This document shows positions 38,801 to 44,635 of a stretch of 64,000 nucleotides of DNA, piece by piece. The position numbers and the translations under genes were made by a program. The stretch is from a virus (lineage: Duplodnaviria > Heunggongvirae > Uroviricota > Caudoviricetes). Location of the stretch: IMG/VR virus record IMGVR_UViG_2974603165_000001, positions 2,589 to 66,588 of that record; one strand, given 5' to 3'. The notes beneath the pieces are model-generated. The model saw only the letters and a program-made list of their open reading frames with translations. It did not search any database and was not told the DNA's origin. Position 1 is the first letter of the stretch, and each line of letters opens with the position of its first letter.

Positions 38801-39223
38801 TGCTGTTGGCAGACCTGTGAAGTTAGGGCTGTCAATTGTCGCATACAGACCTGTCAGTGTCGCAGAGTCCAGAACTACACGCCAGTTAGAATCTGTCGCT
38901 GGGCTATCGCCCATGCTTACCGGGTTGGTAGCGGTGGCGCTCGGAGCGTACCACCAAGACACTGCGTTGGAGGTCGGTTCTGTAAAGGCGTACAGTTGGT
39001 TGAAGACCTGGGTAACACTCCCTTTCTGCCAGTCCAGCACCGGGGTCTTGTAATACAGGTTTTCCAACATCGCTTTACGCAGGGAGGGAATCAGACTGCC
39101 GTCTTCAACGGTGATAGTCTCTGCGGCGGTGCCGTTGATTACCTTGTGCATTCTCCCAGCATCAACAACCAACTGGTCAATTGCGTCACTGGTAGAAGAG
39201 TTGATTGTGGACATGTCGGACAT
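35855..39223 (-). CDS. long tail fibre (1122 aa)
   Basis: fibre N-terminus, short collagen-like segments, three knob-like repeats ending RY..GTW..W, two TFATTAEAQA..SPARTRE repeats. Confidence 0.85.
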   Translation of the reverse strand: MSDMSTINSSTSDAIDQLVVDAGRMHKVINGTAAETITVEDGSLIPSLRKAMLENLYYKTPVLDWQKGSVTQVFNQLYAFTEPTSNAVSWWYAPSATATNPVSMGDSPATDSNWRVVLDSATLTGLYATIDSPNFTGLPTAPTMDDDDNSTSIATTAFVNALILKVFQDINAEKIDAATITVTGDASIFNLSATDAAVTGKLTVQDLEILGEVTGIQTSVDGEDIAPKSITTTEKLEVGGDTTLHGTFQIADKTILLGDGTVVDLTNIGSAGTVAVSADLDSVVGNDNFVWDATSLNTPILGSSGKGVSIAKTATDVTQVTWPDGETSPWTRVLSGTTWSAWKNAISSNAEAVEGTATNIAVSPAGMAAFVAQYGIGTDSLTNVADLDDVTVGSGFSYSSGAENAPTSGAGGRGIVLPTSPGNATQLVIENVAGNMYIRYSADGTWAAWQQFQGEPGTDGNDGAPGASAYEIYLGTVPEGETPMTQQEWLASLQGSSFTVNATGTTAERDNYDTEAKGFAFLDTTTGLLYIKNSATSADWSDGIPFKGDAGTPGVNGSTWYNGSGAPASATGANGDFYLDTTALDVYKKVSNAWSVITNLQGSVWITGTAAPTSTVGKNGDLYLVLTTDTTASTNGNVYQKASGSWTSVGNIRGPAGSGSSYTLPIASATVLGGVKIGSGVSIAADGTISVTGGGSVTFATTAEAQAATSTTVVMSPARTREFMEKHGFTASFTTQATDLNSVVTGDLFNYASTTLNIPGTGGYGRGIAIPSGTGYVTQLAIENDSNLMFIRYQTNGTWGAWAQASGGSGGSVTFATTAEAQAGTSTTVAMSPARTREQFEPLGFGSTYTNEVANLNTLTKGQFFNWGASSTNTPVASSYGRGIMIPAGTGYATQLGIVNDTGATYVRFNNNGTWTSWVAVGGSGTAAVMKASGTGHAAGLAPDPGATAGTTKFLREDATWAVPAGGSGGGGGAAVFTAGQLTNTISLNASSATTIAMTAGTTTIDSTMLYKFSAVLLLQGPAGAKVDLTLTDIGPDIFRMRAHFTKADGTIGSARSTQASGAMTVELFDQDSTIIVDGIMHSSYYGTNGPQFQGKINTGDWCNAIKGSVITMTPIVTVPST

Positions 39224-39239
39224 TTAGATCCTCTCTTTG

Positions 39240-39491
39240 TTATTCCGGTTCGTTAGATTTCTGCTCTGTTGTGATTCCATATCGCAGAGAGATCAACTTA
39301 CTGATGAGTTGTGGAGCCGCCACCGTTGGGGCGTAGACCCAGAGATACCACTCAGTGAGTATCCCTTTGAATCCCCAATACAAAAAGACAGCAGTCATAG
39401 CTGCCATCCCGATGTTGCTCCAGAATTTGGTGTGTGATGCCTTCGAGGGATCAACGGGTGATCGAACAAGGTCTTTAATGAATTTTAACAT
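39240..39491 (-). CDS. holin-like membrane protein
   Basis: two TM helices, SHTKFWSNIG pattern, late region. Confidence 0.55.
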   Translation of the reverse strand: MLKFIKDLVRSPVDPSKASHTKFWSNIGMAAMTAVFLYWGFKGILTEWYLWVYAPTVAAPQLISKLISLRYGITTEQKSNEPE

Positions 39492-39506
39492 AATCCCTCA
39501 AGAATT

Positions 39507-39980
39507 TCAATGCAGTAGCATCGGAATAAACCGGGCTAAGACTAAGGCGCTGATGATGACACAGGTTTTTAGCCACTCTTTGATTGTTGAATCTTTGAAC
39601 GAGGCACACAGGATCACCATCTCCATCATTGTTGGATAAGATGATTCGACCACGAAACCAAAGATGTCTGGCAGTACATTTGGATACTGCAACGCAAGCA
39701 TTTGCGAGAACAGCACAGGAACCGAGACAGCCAGCGTAAGTTTCTTTCTCCAGCCTTGCAGCACACAAGCAGAAGAGAACAATAACCCTATGTCAAGGAA
39801 CCAGCAGCCCGTGAGGTAAAGGTTCCAGTCGAAATACTGGATGTGTTCTGAGAACCACCAATAGAGTCCATTTTCCGAAAGAATATGAATCATGCCGAAG
39901 ACCGACATGATCCGTATTCCCTTGTCTGTGTGAAACAGCAAGACTACAAAGCACACGAAGTACAATGCAGACGCTATCAC
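39507..39980 (-). CDS. multi-pass membrane protein
   Basis: about five hydrophobic segments. Confidence 0.7.
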   Translation of the reverse strand: MIASALYFVCFVVLLFHTDKGIRIMSVFGMIHILSENGLYWWFSEHIQYFDWNLYLTGCWFLDIGLLFSSACVLQGWRKKLTLAVSVPVLFSQMLALQYPNVLPDIFGFVVESSYPTMMEMVILCASFKDSTIKEWLKTCVIISALVLARFIPMLLH

Positions 39981-40291
39981 CGGACTTGTTTCTCCATGAG
40001 CATCTGGAATTGGCGACTGAGGTCTTGTCGAAGATCCCCAACGTCGTCCTTGATGTCCTTACGAAGATCTGAAACGTCATCACGCACGGTTTTCAGTTTC
40101 TTATCCAGGATGTCATCCAGTTTTTCCTTTGTCACCATCTCTGCTTTAATCCTGATGATGTCTTTGTCAAGCTCGTCAAGCCTCCCTTGCGTCTTCTTGT
40201 AGTCTGAATAGACAACTCTCAACACCCCTACGAGTGCAAAAGAGATGACTGCCCAAACCGCCTTGAGGACGGCAAACAGATCGATGGACAT
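39977..40291 (-). CDS. membrane-anchored coiled-coil protein (holin/anti-holin-like)
   Basis: one TM plus coiled coil. Confidence 0.6.
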   Translation of the reverse strand: MSIDLFAVLKAVWAVISFALVGVLRVVYSDYKKTQGRLDELDKDIIRIKAEMVTKEKLDDILDKKLKTVRDDVSDLRKDIKDDVGDLRQDLSRQFQMLMEKQVR

Positions 40292-40303
40292 TCTTCTTTC
40301 TCC

Positions 40304-40846
40304 TTACGGCGTTTTAGGCCATTCAGGGTCTTTTTGACTAATGTCAACCCGGTTAACAGTGATCATCAACTTTTCCAGATATTCCTTTTCCTGTCTCTCC
40401 TCTGGAGTCAAAGAACCATATTTCTCTGCGAGATTCAATGGCTCAAGGTGCTCCATCAGGGATCGGATAAGTTTTCTCTTCGTTTTGGTATTAGATTGTT
40501 TGACTTCCTCATCGCTAAGGACTAAACTCTCAAATTCAAAAGTGTTGATGTTAAAAATGTACTCGTTGTGAATACTGTAGGCTGTTTTTCCCTGCGGAAG
40601 TTTCTCAACAGGGATAACCACAACATCAAAAGAGCACTCTGGTGAGAAGGAGATCTCGGTTGCGTCCTCAGCCAGGCTGAGAATGCTACCCTCCTTACTC
40701 AGTAGCATCTTCACACCCTTCGGGAGTTCCTTTAGGATATCCGTCCAGAGGTTCCCCAACCCATCTTTGAATTGGGGGAATGCCAGTCTACTCTCACCCA
40801 TCTCCATAATCAGGTCATGGGAATAGTGAATGTCTTTGATTAACAA
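40304..40846 (-). CDS. tail fibre assembly chaperone
   Basis: C-terminal V..VDISQKDPEWPKTP; TTG start after GGAGG immediately following fibre stop. Confidence 0.7.
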   Translation of the reverse strand: MLIKDIHYSHDLIMEMGESRLAFPQFKDGLGNLWTDILKELPKGVKMLLSKEGSILSLAEDATEISFSPECSFDVVVIPVEKLPQGKTAYSIHNEYIFNINTFEFESLVLSDEEVKQSNTKTKRKLIRSLMEHLEPLNLAEKYGSLTPEERQEKEYLEKLMITVNRVDISQKDPEWPKTP

Positions 40847-40856
40847 GAAGCCTCCA

Positions 40857-41798
40857 TTATCTGGCGAGGGCAGTTGTGTAGGCAGCGGTCTGCCAGTTTC
40901 CATCAATGAGATACTGGAGAGGTCGGCTGTAGTAAGAACCATCATCCGCACCAAAGTCTCCACCGCCCGTAAGAACGTGTCCGTTTTCAAACTCAGCGGT
41001 CGGGCCACCTTGTCGTCTAAACACAGCCGCGCCGAAACGAATACCCATAATCCCTTGTGCTGGGAAGGTGATCGTGATGTTACCGTTCGCATCTGCGTTG
41101 TTGCCATTTACAGAACGGGCTACATGTTTCCCCGCTACAGTCGCACTGTTGTTGTTGACAACAAGGTTTGCAGTGGTTGTAGACCCTGCTACGGTTGCAT
41201 TACCTGTTGACTCAAGAGAGCCTCCACGCACAGTAGCTTGTGTCACAAGGGAACCGTTACCTGTGATAGTCAACCTTCCTGTCTCTGTCGTGCCATCAGC
41301 ATTTACGTTTCGGAAGACAAAGCCCCCGGCACCGCCGCCTTGGTTGTTGACAAAGAATGAAGCACCAGATCCGTTCGTTTCATTCCAACGAAGAATCAAC
41401 CCTTGTGTTGTCAGAGAGGTATTTGCTGATCCTGCGACCTTCAAACCACCAGACAGCGCACCACCCGTCAGTTGCAGGTAGCGGTCATCTGTCTCTGCTT
41501 TGGAGTAAACACCGAGGTTTTGGCGTGAAGCCGGAAGATCCATAAGATCAGACAGGCTTTGATTGCGTTGCAAGTACAGATTGCTCAGACCAGGTAGCTG
41601 TTCTTCCTGCATGTATTTCAGCCAAGAAGACAACATGAACCAGACGTAGTTCCATCCCTGTGCATCAGGTTTCTCGCCCATATCATAACCCTTATCCCAC
41701 AGGTCGCTGATCGGACGAATTTTATTTTTAGTCAAGGCATTAGGGAGGTCATAATCCTGTTCTGCCCACACTTCGATTTCGATATCCGGTTGTGCCAT
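40857..41798 (-). CDS. short tail fibre
   Basis: W.KGY..GEKP.AQ..N baseplate-anchor N-terminus; RSVNG..AD..GNI; RPLQYLIDGNW tip. Confidence 0.8.
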   Translation of the reverse strand: MAQPDIEIEVWAEQDYDLPNALTKNKIRPISDLWDKGYDMGEKPDAQGWNYVWFMLSSWLKYMQEEQLPGLSNLYLQRNQSLSDLMDLPASRQNLGVYSKAETDDRYLQLTGGALSGGLKVAGSANTSLTTQGLILRWNETNGSGASFFVNNQGGGAGGFVFRNVNADGTTETGRLTITGNGSLVTQATVRGGSLESTGNATVAGSTTTANLVVNNNSATVAGKHVARSVNGNNADANGNITITFPAQGIMGIRFGAAVFRRQGGPTAEFENGHVLTGGGDFGADDGSYYSRPLQYLIDGNWQTAAYTTALAR

Positions 41799-41808
41799 AA
41801 TGCCCTCG

Positions 41809-42162
41809 TTATACTGTTGTTAATACCGCGTCGCTGATGCTGATTACCGGAATTGGGCCTGCATCGGTTGTGTAGATCGTACACACCGCTCTGAGACGGG
41901 CGATTTTTGTGATGAGTTTTCGATATTTTGATGGGTTGGAGAGGTCGAGGAAGAACGTGATTGGAGGCGTTCCTTTCGGCTTTGTATACACATCAATAGG
42001 AATTTGTACCTGGACGGTACTGGCAGTCATGACGATTCGACCAGACTTTGCTACGTAATCGACTCCAGCTTTGGCTGTCCCATCCGTAGTCTTGTAATCC
42101 AGTGAACTCTCTTCTGCGAAGTTGTCCCTTGTGAGGGTAAAGATAGCTGTTACCGTAGCCAT
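41809..42162 (-). CDS. stand-alone Calx-beta domain protein
   Basis: DYKTTDGTAKAGVDY.AKSG, TFFLDLSNP; C-terminal ISISDAVLT strand. Confidence 0.75.
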   Translation of the reverse strand: MATVTAIFTLTRDNFAEESSLDYKTTDGTAKAGVDYVAKSGRIVMTASTVQVQIPIDVYTKPKGTPPITFFLDLSNPSKYRKLITKIARLRAVCTIYTTDAGPIPVISISDAVLTTV

Positions 42163-42172
42163 TGGTATCTCC

Positions 42173-42201
42173 AAAAAAGAGGGCGGTTACCCGCCCCTCT
42201 T
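42173..42201 (-). terminator. intrinsic terminator after GH48 gene
   Basis: GC stem (AGAGGG(G)CGG..CCGCCCTCT) + T run on minus strand. Confidence 0.65.
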
Positions 42202-42203
42202 GA

Positions 42204-44624
42204 TTATAGCTCGTCGTTGAAGTAACGGTGGAGAGCAGCAAGGCTGATTGCAAACTCGGACTGCGCCCAGAAACGGTGGTATCTGAACACTGGCGGAGTC
42301 GTGCTCGCCCCTGTCGCATATGCTGCCACTTCTGCCCATTTCGGGTCGTTATGCAAGAAGGTACGAAGCTCATGGAACTTAACACCACTCTTGATCTGCT
42401 CACCGTTAGGCATTGTACCAGTGAAGATCTCTGGAACGTAAACCTCATCAAAGAGGCGTTTGTAGCCTGGCTGAGGAGAGTCAATCGCCAGACCAACGTC
42501 ATCCACGTACAGGTTCCACATACGATCCAGCAGTTCTTTAGCGAACAGCATAGCTGTTTCTGCTGTGTGGTTTGTGCTCTTGATCTTGCTGGTGTACTTG
42601 CCAAGATTCTTTTTCGCTTTCGCGTAAGTGATCAGTAAGTATGCCAGGGATGAAGCAACACCCAGGTCAGTTGCATACTCAACAATAGAGCAATGCAGGT
42701 TCGGGTTAGGAACCGTTGACGCGTTCCAGAAGGATGCTTGGTTACCTGTCCCGTCCCAGTTCAGAGATGGCAGATATTCGTACACACCTTCATGGTTAGG
42801 CGTTGTAGCCGTCTGACCAACAACCTGCGTTGGAGAAACCCAAGACAGTGTACCAGGAAGCTGGAATGAACCGTCTGAGGTCAACGTAGAGTTGTTCAGG
42901 AACCACACCACTAATGGGTCAAGGATGATCTCCAAGTTGGCTTTCAGCGTCACAGCCAGTGGAGTCGTCTTGTCCGAAACCTCAAGGAACAGATCCGCAG
43001 TACGGCCCTGACCCCAAGTCTGGAAACCAACCCAGTCGTTAGACGGTGGATCGTGCCAAACCGGTGCGTAGGTATAAACCATTCCGTAGAACTTGGCGTT
43101 CTGACGACCATCGGTAGGTGTCTCGTAACGTGCGTTCCAGGAGTTAGTCACACCACCCGCTAATGGGCCTTCTGGTGATTGTAGCCAACGAAGCATTTCC
43201 ATCTGACGGTAGACAGAGCCTAACCAAATGTCAGAAGCACTTGGAGAGAGTGAAGTGAATCCACCACCACCAGTAGCCATGAAGTAAGCTGAGTCAATCG
43301 CTTGGTAGCCTTGGTGACACTCGGAAGAACCGATGCGGTAAGACCAAGAACCTGTAGCACCGGAAGCCGGAATCTCACCGCCCCATGCTGCGTACCAGTT
43401 TACCAGATAATGGCAACTTTCGTAACCCTTTCCACCAACTTGATTGTCTCCAATCTTGCGGAAATACTTATCAAACAGGTTGTAACGCATGTAGTCGCCC
43501 ATTTTCTTCGCTTTCGTAGTTGAAGCGGAGATGGTGGTTGACGCGCCCTGTTCGGTTGCAAACTTCTGCGCCCAGAATGACCACTGGATCGCACGGCCTT
43601 CTGCATCGGGAGCGTTAGTGTATGACCACTTCTTGCCCCAGTCGTTAGCTGCCGCTGGATACCACTGTGTACCTTGGGTGAATAATGGGTCATATCCGTA
43701 GATTGAACCACCGTTCGCAAAGTCGTTCCACGCCGGGTGAGTTACCGTCTCGAAAGAAGATTCCTGCATACCGCGTTCGTAGGTGTTGATGAAGACGTTT
43801 TGCTTCGTACCATCGCCGTTACGGAAGTTATACAGACCTTCAACATCCAGAATCCAGTGCATCAGATACATACGCTTGTTTCCATAAGTGGACTCAAGCT
43901 CATCTGCCAATGGATCGGCACCTTTCGCTGCTGTTGGGTCACCAAGTGTTGGGTAAACGCTTGGGGTATCCCCTTCCGGTGTATAGTCCGCTGGTGAAGA
44001 CGGTGTATACACAGCGATAGGCTGGTTAGTCGGAGAAGGTACATAGAACTGATCGATACGGTTCCATGCGTTGTTGTAGCCTGTCCAGTCCGCTGTTCCT
44101 AACTGACCAGTGACATATCCGTTCCATGCTTCCAGACCAACCCAGAAAGAAGCGGTTTCTGATACGGTTTCACCACCGTGGTCAGGCGCTTCGTTAATGA
44201 TGATGCTGTCTACACCCGGAATGTGTCGTGGCAGTGTACGTGCGTTTGCACCTGTCTGCGGCCCGAAGTATTTGTTATCTACGTTGTGGACTTTATCATA
44301 GATCGTTTTGAAACGTTCCAGATAGTTGATCGCCACCGGGGTGTCTGAACCAGGGATGGTTGCAGTACCGGATGAAGTCCCTAAGACCCCGTTAACCGGG
44401 GACGAAAGGACAACGTAGAAGTTGGTCTCTGTTTCTGCCGGAGCATCATCGTTGACCAAGACAATAATGTCTTTGGAGGTCTCACCTACCGCAAACGTTA
44501 CTGTCCCCGATTTAGCTGTGTAGTTATCAGGTGCTACCGCAGATCCGTCTTGAGTAGCATAGTTAACCGTGACCAGCGAATCGCTGGCCTGGTTAAGGGT
44601 TGTCTTGAATGTAGCCTGTCTCAT
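42204..44624 (-). CDS. Calx-beta + glycoside hydrolase family 48 (processive exocellulase)
   Basis: EAPDHG.ETVSE, MHWILDV, INTYERG.QES..ETV.HP, YTNAPDAEGRAIQ, HYL..WY.AWGG, H.GYQ, GG.TNSW, YHRFWAQ. Confidence 0.93.
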   Translation of the reverse strand: MRQATFKTTLNQASDSLVTVNYATQDGSAVAPDNYTAKSGTVTFAVGETSKDIIVLVNDDAPAETETNFYVVLSSPVNGVLGTSSGTATIPGSDTPVAINYLERFKTIYDKVHNVDNKYFGPQTGANARTLPRHIPGVDSIIINEAPDHGGETVSETASFWVGLEAWNGYVTGQLGTADWTGYNNAWNRIDQFYVPSPTNQPIAVYTPSSPADYTPEGDTPSVYPTLGDPTAAKGADPLADELESTYGNKRMYLMHWILDVEGLYNFRNGDGTKQNVFINTYERGMQESSFETVTHPAWNDFANGGSIYGYDPLFTQGTQWYPAAANDWGKKWSYTNAPDAEGRAIQWSFWAQKFATEQGASTTISASTTKAKKMGDYMRYNLFDKYFRKIGDNQVGGKGYESCHYLVNWYAAWGGEIPASGATGSWSYRIGSSECHQGYQAIDSAYFMATGGGGFTSLSPSASDIWLGSVYRQMEMLRWLQSPEGPLAGGVTNSWNARYETPTDGRQNAKFYGMVYTYAPVWHDPPSNDWVGFQTWGQGRTADLFLEVSDKTTPLAVTLKANLEIILDPLVVWFLNNSTLTSDGSFQLPGTLSWVSPTQVVGQTATTPNHEGVYEYLPSLNWDGTGNQASFWNASTVPNPNLHCSIVEYATDLGVASSLAYLLITYAKAKKNLGKYTSKIKSTNHTAETAMLFAKELLDRMWNLYVDDVGLAIDSPQPGYKRLFDEVYVPEIFTGTMPNGEQIKSGVKFHELRTFLHNDPKWAEVAAYATGASTTPPVFRYHRFWAQSEFAISLAALHRYFNDEL

Positions 44625-44635
44625 TGTTACTCCTC

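Noticed and set aside
38145-39053. 302-aa + strand ORF
   Set aside because: Antisense to the tail fibre; Ser/Val-rich shadow
40847-41107. N-terminal extension of the fibre chaperone in the ORF track
   Set aside because: Overlaps the short fibre gene; a GGAGG + TTG start at 40846 fits better
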